Numbered from the stretch's first letter, positions 8,462-18,290 are shown. The stretch is DNA of 64,000 nt from Pseudonocardiales bacterium (GCA_003243915.1 QHCC01000009.1:5653-69652), one strand, 5' to 3'. Numbers and translations are program-made. The notes: generated by a model from the letters alone, not told the origin.

Positions 8462-8982
8462 CCACCAGCATCCCGCCGACGATCAACTTCGGGCAGTGGA
8501 TCAGCGACAACCAGCACCTGCTCAAGCCGCCGGTCGCCAACAAGACGATGACGGTCGGCAAGGACTTCATCGTGCAGGTTGTCGGCGGCCCCAATTCACG
8601 CACGGACTTTCACGTCGACCCGTACGAGGAGTGGTTCTACCAGGTCAAGGGCACCATCCACGTCGACCTGATGATCGACGGCGCGCCAGAGTCGGTGCAC
8701 ATTCATGAGGGCGAGACCTGGCTGCTGCCGGGCGACACGCCGCACTCGCCGCAGCGCCCCGAGGAGGGCTCGGTCGGCCTGGTCATCGAGCGGGTCCGCG
8801 AAGAGGGGACGCTGGAGAAGTTCCAGTGGTACTGCCCGAACTGCAACGCCCTGGTACACGAGGTCGAGTTGCAGGTCCGCGACATCGTCGCCGACCTGCC
8901 GCCGGTGTTCACTGCGTTCTACGCCGACGAGCAGGCCCGTACCTGCGTGCACTGCGGCACCGTGCACCCGGGCAAGGGCTGA
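8458..8982 (+). CDS. 3-hydroxyanthranilate 3,4-dioxygenase
   Basis: 174 aa cupin with DFHVDPYEEWFYQVKG, HEGETWLLPGDTPHSPQR and a C-terminal CPNC...CVHCG site. ATGA overlap with the upstream gene. Confidence 0.88.
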   Translation: MTTSIPPTINFGQWISDNQHLLKPPVANKTMTVGKDFIVQVVGGPNSRTDFHVDPYEEWFYQVKGTIHVDLMIDGAPESVHIHEGETWLLPGDTPHSPQRPEEGSVGLVIERVREEGTLEKFQWYCPNCNALVHEVELQVRDIVADLPPVFTAFYADEQARTCVHCGTVHPGKG

Positions 8983-8988
8983 GCCGCC

Positions 8989-10011
8989 TTGGGGGAGTCC
9001 GTGGACCTGGCCGAACCCGCGATCGACGTCCACACCCATTACGTGCCGGGTGGTTGGCCACAACTCGACTGCGCGGACGCCCCGTGGCTGCGCGTCGAGA
9101 CCGAGTCCGAGGCGATGCTGATGTTCGGCACGCAGGAGTTCCGCCGCATCCAGAGCACCTGCTGGGACGCCGAGCACCGCCTGGCCGACATGGACGCCGA
9201 CGGGGTCAGCGTCCAGGTCGTGTCGCCGACCCCCGCGTTGTTCGGCTACCACCGCCCGGCGGCCGAGGCGGCGCGGCTGGCCCGCATCTTCAACGACCTC
9301 GCGCTGGAGATCTGCGCGCCCGCGCCGCAGCGGTTGCTGCCGTTCTGCCAGGTGCCGCTGCAGGACACCGACGCCGCGTGCACCGAGCTGGAGCGCTGCC
9401 TCGCGGCCGGTCACGCCGGTGTCGAGATCGGCAACCACGTCGGCGACCGCGACCTCGACGACGCGGGCATCGCGACGTTCCTGCAGCACGCCGCATCCCT
9501 GGCAGCACCGGTGTTCGTGCACCCGTGGGACATGCCGAGCTCGCCGCGGCTGGACCGGTGGATGGGGCAATGGCTGACGGGCATGCCCGCCGAGACGCAC
9601 CTGTCGATCCTGGCGCTGATACTCGGCGGCGTCCTGGACAAGGTGGGCGAGGACCTGCGCATCTGCTTCGCACACGGGGGCGGCTCCTTCGCCCTCTGGG
9701 TCGGCCGCCTGGACAACGCCTGGCGGGAGCGCAACGACGTGCTCGGCACGTCGCAGCATGAGCCGTCGCACTACCTCGGCCGGTTCTACGTCGACTCGGT
9801 CGTCTTCGACGAGCGGGCGCTGCGGCTGCTGGTCGACACGGTCGGCGTAGAGCGGGTGCTCGTCGGCAGCGACTACCCGTATCCGCTGGGGGAGCGGCCG
9901 GCCGGCGCTGTCGTGCGGCGCAGCACGTTCCTCGACGCCGCCGAGCGCGGGAAGATCCTGCACGGCAATGCCGAGACGTTCCTCGGCCGCACCGGCGAGG
10001 GTTCGCGATGA
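8989..10011 (+). CDS. 2-amino-3-carboxymuconate-6-semialdehyde decarboxylase (amidohydrolase-2 family)
   Basis: 340 aa with IDVHTHYVP, HPWDM, FAHGGGSF and GSDYPYPLGE. TTG 8989 or GTG 9001 as start. Confidence 0.8.
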   Translation: MGESVDLAEPAIDVHTHYVPGGWPQLDCADAPWLRVETESEAMLMFGTQEFRRIQSTCWDAEHRLADMDADGVSVQVVSPTPALFGYHRPAAEAARLARIFNDLALEICAPAPQRLLPFCQVPLQDTDAACTELERCLAAGHAGVEIGNHVGDRDLDDAGIATFLQHAASLAAPVFVHPWDMPSSPRLDRWMGQWLTGMPAETHLSILALILGGVLDKVGEDLRICFAHGGGSFALWVGRLDNAWRERNDVLGTSQHEPSHYLGRFYVDSVVFDERALRLLVDTVGVERVLVGSDYPYPLGERPAGAVVRRSTFLDAAERGKILHGNAETFLGRTGEGSR

Positions 10012-11303
10012 CGGCGCTGGCCCTGGCCGAGCAGCACGCGATCGAGCTGGACGCCGGTGACCCGCTGCCCACCCTGCGCGAGCGGTTCCACGTCCCGCCT
10101 GCGCCGGGTGGCCGTTTTGCCGAGGCCGCCTACCTGGCAGGCAACTCGCTCGGCCTGCAGCCGAAGGTGACCGCGGCGCGGGTGGCCAGCGAGCTGGACG
10201 ACTGGGCCCGTCTCGGCGTCGAGGGGCACACCGAAGGCACCCGACCGTGGGTGTCGTACCACGAGCTGCTGCGCGCGCCCGCGGCGCGCCTCGTCGGGGC
10301 ACTGGCCGCCGAGGTCGTGGTGATGAACTCGCTGACCGTGAACCTGCACCTGATGATGGTCAGCTTCTACCGGCCCACGGCCGGGCGGCATGCGATCGTC
10401 ATCGAGGACACTGCGTTCCCGTCGGACAGCTACGCGGTGCGCAGTCAGGTGGCTTTTCACGGCTACGACCCGGACCAGGCGGTCATCCGGCTGCGTCCGC
10501 GCGAGGGCGAGACGGCGCTGCGCAGCGAGGACGTCGCGGCGTTCCTGCGGCAGTCCGGCGAGGGCGTCGCGCTCGTCCTGCTCGGCGCGGTGAACTACTA
10601 CAGCGGCGAGTTCCTCGACATCGAGGCGATCACCCGTGCCGGGCACGACACCGGTGCGATCGTCGGCTGGGACCTCGCGCACGCCGCGGGCAACGTGGCG
10701 CTGCGGATGCACGACTGGGGTGCCGACTGGGCCGCGTGGTGCTCGTACAAGTACCTCAACAGCGGTCCAGGCGCCTTGGCCGGAGCGTTCGTGCACGAGC
10801 GGCACCTGGCCGATCGGTCCTTGCCGAAGTTCGCCGGCTGGTGGAGCACTGATCCCTCGACCCGGTTCCGGATGGGTCCAGTCGTCGAGGCGGTCGACTC
10901 GGCCGACTCGTGGCAGGTGTCCAACCCGCCCATCCTGGCACTTGCCCCGGTGCTGGCCTCGCTGGAGGTGTTCGACGCGGTGGGGATGCCGGCGCTGGAA
11001 GCCAAGAGCCGCCGCCTCACCGGCTACCTCGAGTCGCTGCTGGACACCGTCTGCGCCGGCTGCGAGGTGGAGATCATCACGCCGCGCCAGCCGGAGCGGC
11101 GCGGCGCGCAATTGTCAGTGCGGGTCGGCGATATCGCGGCCGGCATCGTGAGCGAGCGGCTGCGGCGCCGGCACGGCGTCTTCGCCGACGCCCGCCAGCC
11201 CGACGTGATCAGACTGGCGCCCGCGCCCATGTACACCACGTTCCACGACTGCTGGCGCGCGGCGACGGCGCTGGCCGAGGTGATGGACTCCGGTGCCGGC
11301 TGA
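10008..11303 (+). CDS. kynU: Kynureninase
   Basis: 431 aa PLP enzyme with AYLAGNSLGLQPK, GWDLAHAAGNV and WCSYKYLNSGPG. ATGA overlap with the upstream gene. Confidence 0.88.
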   Translation: MTALALAEQHAIELDAGDPLPTLRERFHVPPAPGGRFAEAAYLAGNSLGLQPKVTAARVASELDDWARLGVEGHTEGTRPWVSYHELLRAPAARLVGALAAEVVVMNSLTVNLHLMMVSFYRPTAGRHAIVIEDTAFPSDSYAVRSQVAFHGYDPDQAVIRLRPREGETALRSEDVAAFLRQSGEGVALVLLGAVNYYSGEFLDIEAITRAGHDTGAIVGWDLAHAAGNVALRMHDWGADWAAWCSYKYLNSGPGALAGAFVHERHLADRSLPKFAGWWSTDPSTRFRMGPVVEAVDSADSWQVSNPPILALAPVLASLEVFDAVGMPALEAKSRRLTGYLESLLDTVCAGCEVEIITPRQPERRGAQLSVRVGDIAAGIVSERLRRRHGVFADARQPDVIRLAPAPMYTTFHDCWRAATALAEVMDSGAG

Positions 11304-12612
11304 GCGGGTCGTCGTGGTCGGCGCCGGGCTGGCCGGCTCCTTGCTGGCCACGCTGCTCGGGCGCCGGGGCATGGCCGTCACCGTGTACGAGCGGCGCTCT
11401 GACCCGCGCGTCACCGGTGCCGAACGCGGCCGCTCGATCAACCTCGCCATCTCGGCACGCGGTCTCGACGCGCTCGAGCACGTCGGGCTGCGCGAGCGGT
11501 CGTTGGCTCGCGCCTTGCCGATGCACGGTCGGATGGTGCACCCGGTGAGCGGCGGGCAGAGCTTTCGCCCGTACAGCGCCGACGGGCAGCGGGCCATCAA
11601 CTCGATCAGCCGCGCGGAGCTCAATCACTCACTTCTCGAGACCGCCGAGCAGACACCGGGGGTCACGCTGCGCTTCGGGCACCGGCTGGTCGAACTCGAC
11701 GCCGCGACGGGCCGCCTCACCTTCCAGACACCCGACGGGACGCTGGCGGAGCAGGTCGGTGTGGTGCTGGCCAGCGACGGCTCCTACAGCGCGACCCGGC
11801 AGGCGGTCACCCACGGCCTGGACTACAGCCAGGACTACCTCGAGCATGGCTACAAGGAACTGTCGATCCCGGCGCGCGGCGGCGAATTCGCGCTCGACCC
11901 GGACGCCCTGCACATCTGGCCGCGCGGATCGGCGATGATGATCGCCCTGCCGAACCTGGACCGCTCGTTCACCTGCACGCTGTTCTGGCCGCGCGCCGAG
12001 TTCGAGGCACTGCGCGCCAGCGCAGCGATCGAGGCGTACTTCGGCGCCCGCTACCCCGACATCGTCGACCTGACGCCCAGCCTGGTCGAGGACTTCACGC
12101 ACAACCCGGTCGGCTCGCTCGTTACCGTGCGCTGCTGGCCGTGGGTGCACGCCGGCGAGGGGTGTACCGTCGCGCTGGTCGGCGATGCGGCGCACGCGAT
12201 CGTCCCGTTCTTCGGCCAGGGCGCCAACTGCGCGTTCGAGGACTGCATCGAGATCGACCGCTGTCTCACCGAGAACGGCGGCGATTGGGACCGGGCGCTG
12301 GCCGTCTACCAGCACCGTCGCAAGGCGAACTGCGACGCGATCGCCGAGATGGCGCTGGACAACTTCGTCGAGATGCGCGACAAGGTCAACTCGCGGGCCT
12401 TCCAGCTCAAGACCGCCGCCCTGCACGCCCTGGAGCGACGGCTGGCCGGGCGCTACGTCTCCCGCTACGAGCTCGTGTCGTTCAGCACGATGCCCTACGC
12501 CCAGATCGCCGGGCGGATCCGCCGTCAGAACATCGCCTTGGCCGCCGCGGCCGGCGTGGGTGCTCTGGGCGCTCTGGGCGTAGCCGGCGCGCTGCGCCAG
12601 CTGAGGTCATGA
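11293..12612 (+). CDS. kmo: Kynurenine 3-monooxygenase (FAD-dependent)
   Basis: 439 aa with VVVVGAGLAGS, GRSINLAIS, HGYKEL, HIWPRG and GDAAHAIVPFFGQGANCAFEDC, plus a hydrophobic C-terminal tail. Overlaps kynU by 11 nt. Confidence 0.88.
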   Translation: MPAERVVVVGAGLAGSLLATLLGRRGMAVTVYERRSDPRVTGAERGRSINLAISARGLDALEHVGLRERSLARALPMHGRMVHPVSGGQSFRPYSADGQRAINSISRAELNHSLLETAEQTPGVTLRFGHRLVELDAATGRLTFQTPDGTLAEQVGVVLASDGSYSATRQAVTHGLDYSQDYLEHGYKELSIPARGGEFALDPDALHIWPRGSAMMIALPNLDRSFTCTLFWPRAEFEALRASAAIEAYFGARYPDIVDLTPSLVEDFTHNPVGSLVTVRCWPWVHAGEGCTVALVGDAAHAIVPFFGQGANCAFEDCIEIDRCLTENGGDWDRALAVYQHRRKANCDAIAEMALDNFVEMRDKVNSRAFQLKTAALHALERRLAGRYVSRYELVSFSTMPYAQIAGRIRRQNIALAAAAGVGALGALGVAGALRQLRS

Positions 12613-12814
12613 TGCAGAACCGATCGGGACCATGCCGGTAAGCCAGACCGCCGCCCAAGCCGTCGAAGGCGTCCGGTCTTACCTGACCACCGGCTCGATC
12701 CGCTACCACCTGCGAGGACCGCGTCAATCGGCGCTGGGCACAGGTGCCGACTCCCGCTGGTGCCGCCTCGATGGGTCTGCGATCGACCGATGAGTAACGC
12801 CCCGCGCCGAATGC

Positions 12815-12853
12815 TTGACGAACCGGTTCTTCATACCTAGCCTAACTAGGTAT
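12815..12853 (+). promoter_or_regulatory. padR promoter with overlapping palindromic operator; near-leaderless start
   Basis: TTGACG (12815-12820), 17-nt spacer, TAGCCT (12838-12843). The inverted repeat ATACCTAG (12833-12840) / CTAGGTAT (12846-12853) spans the -10 and ATG 12852. Confidence 0.5.
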
Positions 12854-13196
12854 GAAGGTCGACCGGATCAAAGGTCATCTCGACCTCGTGCTACTGGGCG
12901 TCCTGAGCGAATCGCCCGGACACGGGTATGCGGTGATCACCACGCTGCGGGCCCGCACCGAGGGGACGCTGGACCTCACCGAGGGCTCGGTGTACCCGGC
13001 GCTGCACCGCCTCGAGGAGCTCGGGCTGCTCGCGAGTGAGTGGCAGCCGGTCGCGGGCCGGCGGCGTCGGATGTACCGCGTGACCACGGCTGGACAGCGC
13101 GCGCTGCAGGCCGAACGCCGAGACTGGCGAGCCCTGGTGTCAGCGGTCGAGGCCGTTCTCGGCCGGGCACCGGCCACGGCGGTAGGGGCGTTATGA
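12852..13196 (+). CDS. PadR-family transcriptional regulator
   Basis: 114 aa with HLDLVLLGVLSESPGHGYAVI ... GSVYPALHRLEELGLL ... RRRMYRVTTAG. Confidence 0.9.
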   Translation: MKVDRIKGHLDLVLLGVLSESPGHGYAVITTLRARTEGTLDLTEGSVYPALHRLEELGLLASEWQPVAGRRRRMYRVTTAGQRALQAERRDWRALVSAVEAVLGRAPATAVGAL

Positions 13197-14011
13197 CTGA
13201 CTTCGGGGAGCAGGAAAGCCCGATCGAGACCTACCTGGATGCGGTGGTGGCCGGGCTGACTGCGCGATCACCCCGGCAGCTGCGCCACGTCGTCGCCGAG
13301 ACCGAGGCGCACCTGCGCGACGACGCCGAGCAGGCCATGGCGGCCGGGATGCCAGCGCATGAAGCCGAGGCGCAGGCGGTGCACCGCTTCGGCCCGGCTC
13401 GGGAGTTCGTCGCTGCCGAACGGGCCCGGGCGGTGCTGCCCATCGGCGACCTCGCGCGCCGGGTGCTCACGAGCGCACTGCTCCTCGGCGGGCTCGGCGC
13501 GGTGGCGGTCGGCGCGAGCGGGGTGATCGCCGCGCTGATCCGTCTCGTCGCGGGCACGCAGGCACTCGTCGATGTGGCACCGGGGCGGGTGCTGTCCGCC
13601 TCGGACTGCGCGCGCTGGCTGGCCGCGGACCCTGGTGCCCGCAGCTGCCGGGAGGCGGCGCTGTCCGACTGGGCGGCGGAGACGGTGGTCTACCGCATCG
13701 CGCTGGGACTTCTCGGCGGCCTGGCGCTGGTGGCGCTCGGCATGCTCCGGCGTCGAGCCACGCCTGAACGCTGGGCGCCGCTGCCTCGGGTGGTGAGCGA
13801 CACCATCGCACTCACGATCTTCGGTACCGCGGGGTGTTGGACGCTCGGCCTGGGTGTGGACGCCATTGTCGGTGCGTCGGGCCACGGTGCCGGGCAGTGG
13901 CTCAGTGCCGCCCCGGTGGCGCTTGCCGCCGCCGCGATATTCGGCTGGCGCCTCCTGCGCGACCTACGCGGTGATCCCCAGCTGGCGTATGTCCGCAGCG
14001 CCGTCGGCTGA
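13193..14011 (+). CDS. PadR-associated membrane protein (permease-prefix / HAAS-like N-terminus, multiple TM segments)
   Basis: ATG 13193 overlaps the padR stop (ATGA). N-terminus IETYLDAVVAGL...AETEAHLRDDAE...AVHRFGPAREF is followed by hydrophobic helices. ORF 13040..14011 is over-extended. Confidence 0.7.
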   Translation: MTDFGEQESPIETYLDAVVAGLTARSPRQLRHVVAETEAHLRDDAEQAMAAGMPAHEAEAQAVHRFGPAREFVAAERARAVLPIGDLARRVLTSALLLGGLGAVAVGASGVIAALIRLVAGTQALVDVAPGRVLSASDCARWLAADPGARSCREAALSDWAAETVVYRIALGLLGGLALVALGMLRRRATPERWAPLPRVVSDTIALTIFGTAGCWTLGLGVDAIVGASGHGAGQWLSAAPVALAAAAIFGWRLLRDLRGDPQLAYVRSAVG

Positions 14012-14023
14012 GCGCGCCCGCAG

Positions 14024-14524
14024 CTAGCGCTCGTCGCGCCGGGCGATCGCCCGCTCCGCCTCGGCGAGCACGACCTCGTCGCTACATCCTGCCGCGTACC
14101 CGTCGATACGACGGCGAATCTCGCGCCCCAACAGCCACCGTCCGAGCGGGTGCGCGATCGGGCGCAGGAACGAGGGCCGGCAGCGGAAGTTGTATCGCCA
14201 CGTGACGCGCGTTCGCCCCTCGTCGTCGGTGGGGGTGAAGCGCCAACCGCCGCCGAAGAGGTCGAAGAACCAGGGACCCTGCACCATCTTCATTCCGACG
14301 TTCGTCGGCGGCGAGTACGACACGTACTCACTGATCATGGACAGCCCGAAGCGCTGACGGGTGAACGTCTGCACGCCCTTGCCCGGCTCCGCCGCCCTCG
14401 CGAGGAAGTGCTGCTCTCGCACGAACGGATCCCAGCGGTAGCGGACCTCGCCGTGGGTCTGGGAGACCGCGAACGCCAACGCCGGCCGGACGGGCACCAA
14501 CACCTCGGCTTGCACGGTGGGCAC
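14024..14524 (-). CDS. SRPBCC-family (polyketide cyclase/dehydrase-like) protein
   Basis: 166 aa ORF with a GTG start. Pattern VLVPVRPALAFAV...WDPF...WRFTP...TRVTWRYNF. Confidence 0.65.
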   Translation of the reverse strand: MPTVQAEVLVPVRPALAFAVSQTHGEVRYRWDPFVREQHFLARAAEPGKGVQTFTRQRFGLSMISEYVSYSPPTNVGMKMVQGPWFFDLFGGGWRFTPTDDEGRTRVTWRYNFRCRPSFLRPIAHPLGRWLLGREIRRRIDGYAAGCSDEVVLAEAERAIARRDER

Positions 14525-14671
14525 CGGGCCATTGTGTCACCGCGTCCCGCACCGCTCTTGACAGCGAGGCACTCCTCGCTGAACTCGCTCCGCTGGACCG
14601 AGACCGGTCGGGTGTTCGCCCACAGCGGGATCGGTTGCCGCCGGTAGCGGTGGCGGCCGAGGCTGGGAGCC

Positions 14672-15424
14672 ATGCTGACGTCGGTAGCGGTCCTGTCTGA
14701 TATCCACGGCGTGCTGCCGGCTCTCGAGGCCGTGCTGGCCGAACCGGACGTCGCGGCGGCGCAACGCATCGTGCTCACCGGCGACATCGCAGCCGGGCCA
14801 CAGCCGGTGCAGGTCCTCGACCGGCTCCTCGGCCTCGGCGACCGGGTCACCTGGGTGCGCGGCAACGCTGATCGGGAGCTCGTCTGCCTCGCCCGCGGTG
14901 GCACCACGACGATTCCGGATCCGATTGCCCCCTGGGCCGCCGCGCAGCTGACCGGGCAGCACGTCGAGGTGCTCGCCCGGCTGGAACATCCGGTTACGCT
15001 GGCCGTCGAGGGTTTCGGCGACGTCGTGTTCTGTCACGGCACCCCGAGGGACGACGAGGAGGTCGTCTTGGTCGACACTCGCCTGCAACGCTGGAGCGAG
15101 GTACTCGCCGAGCTGCCCGAGGACGTCCAGACCGTGGTCTGCGGGCACACCCACATGCCGTTCGTCCGACTGGCGCACCGACGACAGATCATCAACCCGG
15201 GCAGCGTCGGCATGCCTTACGGTCGTCAGGGCGCGCACTGGGCACTGCTCGCCGCTGGTGCCGTGACACTGCGCCGCAGCGCATTCGATCCGGATCTGGC
15301 CTGCGCAGCCGTGTGCAGGCAGTCCTCCTATCCCGACGTCGCCGAGTGGACCGACTACTACCTGCACGCCCGCGCGAGCGACGCCGAGGCAGTGGCCACG
15401 TTCGGGCCACGAGATGGTCGCTGA
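14672..15424 (+). CDS. Metallophosphoesterase-family protein
   Basis: 250 aa with VAVLSDIHG, LTGDIA, VRGNADRE, CGHTH. Confidence 0.8.
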   Translation: MLTSVAVLSDIHGVLPALEAVLAEPDVAAAQRIVLTGDIAAGPQPVQVLDRLLGLGDRVTWVRGNADRELVCLARGGTTTIPDPIAPWAAAQLTGQHVEVLARLEHPVTLAVEGFGDVVFCHGTPRDDEEVVLVDTRLQRWSEVLAELPEDVQTVVCGHTHMPFVRLAHRRQIINPGSVGMPYGRQGAHWALLAAGAVTLRRSAFDPDLACAAVCRQSSYPDVAEWTDYYLHARASDAEAVATFGPRDGR

Positions 15425-15468
15425 GGAGGCAGTGCCCGGCCACTTCACCCGGTCGCTCGCCCGGCACA

Positions 15469-16677
15469 ATGTCGACGATGAGCGAGTCGAGGACCTCGAG
15501 CGCGGCTGACGGGGAAAGCCTGCCGGCGCAGGAGAAGCGCGTCAGCTCGGCCGAGCTGTTCTTCGATCTCGTATTCGTGTTCGCCGTCACCGAGCTCTCG
15601 GCGCTGCTCGGACGCGACCATTCCTGGGCCGGGCTGCTGCGTGCGCTGGTGCTGTTCGTGCCCATCTACTGGATGTGGGTGGGCACCGCGATCCAGACGA
15701 ACCTGCGCGACATCTCCCGCCCCGGCCTGCGGGTTGAGGTCTTCGCCGTTGCGCTCGCGGCGGTGTTCATGGCGCTGGCCCTGCCCGAGGCGTACGGACA
15801 CCTGGGATTGCTGTACGCACTGGCCTACTGGGCCGGGCGGGTGATCCTCGGGGCCCCGCTGTTCCGGTCCGCGGCGGGGGGGTTCCGGCGGGTCAATCCC
15901 TACACCGTCAGCATCGTGCTCACCGGACCGTTGCTGATCGTCGGTGCCCTGTGCCCCAGCGGTGTGCGGGAGGGCCTCTGGGGGCTGGCCGCGCTCCTCG
16001 ACCTCGCCACGCCGACGCTGCTTCGCAGCCGACTGCGCGGGATGCGTTTCGACGCGCCACACCTCGCGGAACGCTTCAGCCTGTTCGTCCTGATCGCTCT
16101 CGGCGAGTCCGTCGTCGCAATCGGGGCATCCGCACAGTCCGGTCATCGCCTGAACGTCGCGGTCGGTTGCGCAGTGGCCGCCGCGTTCGCGCTGAGCTGC
16201 GGACTGTGGTGGGTGTACTTCCACTTCGCTGCCGACGCCATCCAGCACGCGTTGCAGACCGCGAAGGTGCAGGTCGACATCACCCGCCTCGTGCTGTCCT
16301 ACGGCCACCTGTCCTTCATCGCGGCGATCATCCTCGTGGCGGTGGGGATGCGCGATGCGGTGGCCCTCCCGGGACACGCCCTTGGCTGGGGGGTGGGCGG
16401 GCTGCTCTACGGCGGTGTCGCGCTCTACCTCGCCACGTTCGGTTTCACCCGCTGGGCCATGTTCCGGCTCGTCTCGTGGACTCGCCTGACGGCCGCGGCC
16501 GTGGTCGCTGTCTCGTTGCCCGTCGGCGCGCACCTGCCGGCGCTGGCCGCGCTCGCGGGTCTGGCCCTCACGGTTGGCGTGCTCAATGCGGTCGAGCTGA
16601 TGCGGGTCGCCCGGCCGGCGTGGCGCACGCAGCTATTCCGGCGTCGCCGGGCAGCCGTCGCCGAGCGGAGCCGGTAG
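15469..16677 (+). CDS. Low-temperature-requirement LtrA-family membrane protein
   Basis: ORF 15313..16677. ATG 15469 gives MSTMSE... with VSSAELFFDLVFVFAVTELS and about 10 hydrophobic segments. Confidence 0.75.
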   Translation: MSTMSESRTSSAADGESLPAQEKRVSSAELFFDLVFVFAVTELSALLGRDHSWAGLLRALVLFVPIYWMWVGTAIQTNLRDISRPGLRVEVFAVALAAVFMALALPEAYGHLGLLYALAYWAGRVILGAPLFRSAAGGFRRVNPYTVSIVLTGPLLIVGALCPSGVREGLWGLAALLDLATPTLLRSRLRGMRFDAPHLAERFSLFVLIALGESVVAIGASAQSGHRLNVAVGCAVAAAFALSCGLWWVYFHFAADAIQHALQTAKVQVDITRLVLSYGHLSFIAAIILVAVGMRDAVALPGHALGWGVGGLLYGGVALYLATFGFTRWAMFRLVSWTRLTAAAVVAVSLPVGAHLPALAALAGLALTVGVLNAVELMRVARPAWRTQLFRRRRAAVAERSR

Positions 16678-16742
16678 CAGCGCCGCGGCGAGTGCACGGC
16701 CGGCCGGCTCGCGCACAGCGCGCCGCGGCCCTGCGCCGCAGT

Positions 16743-17336
16743 TCAGCGATACAGGACGCGCGCGAACAGCCGGCTCAAAGTGGGGATGACCAGCCAGGTC
16801 ATCATTGCGCTCATGACCGGGACGACGAGCGCGAATCGAGCGGGCGCCGGCATGGGTGCAAGCAGCGGGCCGGCGAGCACTGTGATGAGCGTGATGACCG
16901 GGTAGATGCCGCAGGCCGAAAGCAGCCACATCTTCCACCGCGCCGGCGCTCGCACGACGCCGTCGCCGGGGCTGACGAACCAGGTCTCCATCCCGCTCAG
17001 GGTGCGCTCCAGCGGAGCGGCCTGCGTCAGCGCGGCGGACTCGGCGATGACCGCTCGCCGCTGCTCCGAGTGGTGCCAGGCGCGTAGCGCGGCGGGGCTG
17101 TCGTAGCGGTAGAGCACCACATACTCGCGGTCCGGCTCGGTCGGCGGCAGGACCGTCATGCCGAGATTGCCGGGCGAGGCCCTGAACACCTCGTGCAGGT
17201 GGCGGAGAAACGCCGCGAACTCGCGCTCGCACCCGGGGCGGGGCCGGCGGGTCGCGAGCACCGTGACCGGCCGCCGCGCTGGGGATGCTCCGGCACGCTC
17301 ACGACCCGGCCCTGGCGGTGGGGGCGCCCGGTTCAC
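16743..17336 (-). CDS. Antibiotic-biosynthesis-monooxygenase (ABM) domain protein with C-terminal TM segments
   Basis: 197 aa with an ABM-like core (VTVLATRRPRPGCEREFAAFL...YDSPAALRAWHHSEQR) followed by two hydrophobic helices. GTGA overlap with the upstream DLH gene. Confidence 0.6.
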   Translation of the reverse strand: MNRAPPPPGPGRERAGASPARRPVTVLATRRPRPGCEREFAAFLRHLHEVFRASPGNLGMTVLPPTEPDREYVVLYRYDSPAALRAWHHSEQRRAVIAESAALTQAAPLERTLSGMETWFVSPGDGVVRAPARWKMWLLSACGIYPVITLITVLAGPLLAPMPAPARFALVVPVMSAMMTWLVIPTLSRLFARVLYR

Positions 17337-18157
17337 CTCCGCAGGCCGGCTGATGCGGCCAGTAGTCGCAGCACCCGATCCCAGGCGTCGACGGCGGCAT
17401 CGGCCCGGTACGTGTCGCGCTCGTCGCAGAAGAATCCGTGTGGGGTGTCGGGGTACACCACCATCTCGTGGCGCAGCCCGGCCCGGTCCATCTGATCGGC
17501 GATCTCATCGCGCTGCCCGGCGGTGAACAGGTGGTCGTCCTCGCCCACCAGGAACAGCACCGGGGTGCCCAACTGCGCGATGCGCGGCGTCAGGGCCAGG
17601 GTCGGTTCGGGTCGGCTCAGGGCGATGTCGGTGCCGGTCAGCCAGCCGGGATAGAACACCACCAGAGCGGACAGCGGCACCTGGCTGGCCACGTAGTAGG
17701 CGATGTGGCCGCCGGCACTGAGTCCGAGCATGGCCGTCGTGCCGTTGCCGGCGGGGTGCAAGGCCAGATAGTCCAATGCGCCCTGCACGTCTTCGCGGAC
17801 CTCGTCCCGGCGCAGTGCGGCCACCAACTCCAGCCCGCGGGTACGCCCCTCGGCATTGGCCGACAATTCGACGTGCGAGCCGCTGCCGGAGTCGTGGCGG
17901 TGGTAGAAGTCGGGGACCATCGCCACGTATCCGGCGGTGGCCAGGCGGTCGGCGATCGATCGCACATAGCCGGTCACGCCGAACATCTCGAACCCGACCA
18001 GGACAACCGGCCACCGTCCGCGCTCGGCAGGTTGTGCCAGGTACGCAGACATCGTCGCCGCGGTGCTGCTCGCGTGCTGCCCCACCGGCACGTCGACCCA
18101 CGCCGTGTCGATCCGGTGACCGTCGCGCGGCTGGTCGGTGACCGTCGGGTTGCTCAC
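17333..18157 (-). CDS. Dienelactone-hydrolase-family alpha/beta hydrolase
   Basis: 274 aa with VVLVGFEMFGVTGYVRSIADRLATAGYVAMVPDFYHR, GLSAGGH and DTPHGF. Confidence 0.8.
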   Translation of the reverse strand: MSNPTVTDQPRDGHRIDTAWVDVPVGQHASSTAATMSAYLAQPAERGRWPVVLVGFEMFGVTGYVRSIADRLATAGYVAMVPDFYHRHDSGSGSHVELSANAEGRTRGLELVAALRRDEVREDVQGALDYLALHPAGNGTTAMLGLSAGGHIAYYVASQVPLSALVVFYPGWLTGTDIALSRPEPTLALTPRIAQLGTPVLFLVGEDDHLFTAGQRDEIADQMDRAGLRHEMVVYPDTPHGFFCDERDTYRADAAVDAWDRVLRLLAASAGLRR

Positions 18158-18290
18158 TGCGGTGTTCGGGTCTGCGCGAGCGCCGCCGGCGGGTCATCGG
18201 GACGCCAAGATCGTGATCTCATGCCCCGACGCTAGGCCGGGCTGTCAGTGGTAGCCATACTCGAATCATGCTGGTAAGAGGGGTACCAGG

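Noticed and set aside
8596-10302. 568-aa minus-strand ORF across the kynurenine operon, with similar ORFs at 6537..7988, 9873..11111 and 11629..12426
   Set aside because: They lie antisense to genes with unambiguous enzyme motifs and have the Arg/Pro/Ala-rich composition typical of GC-rich shadow frames.
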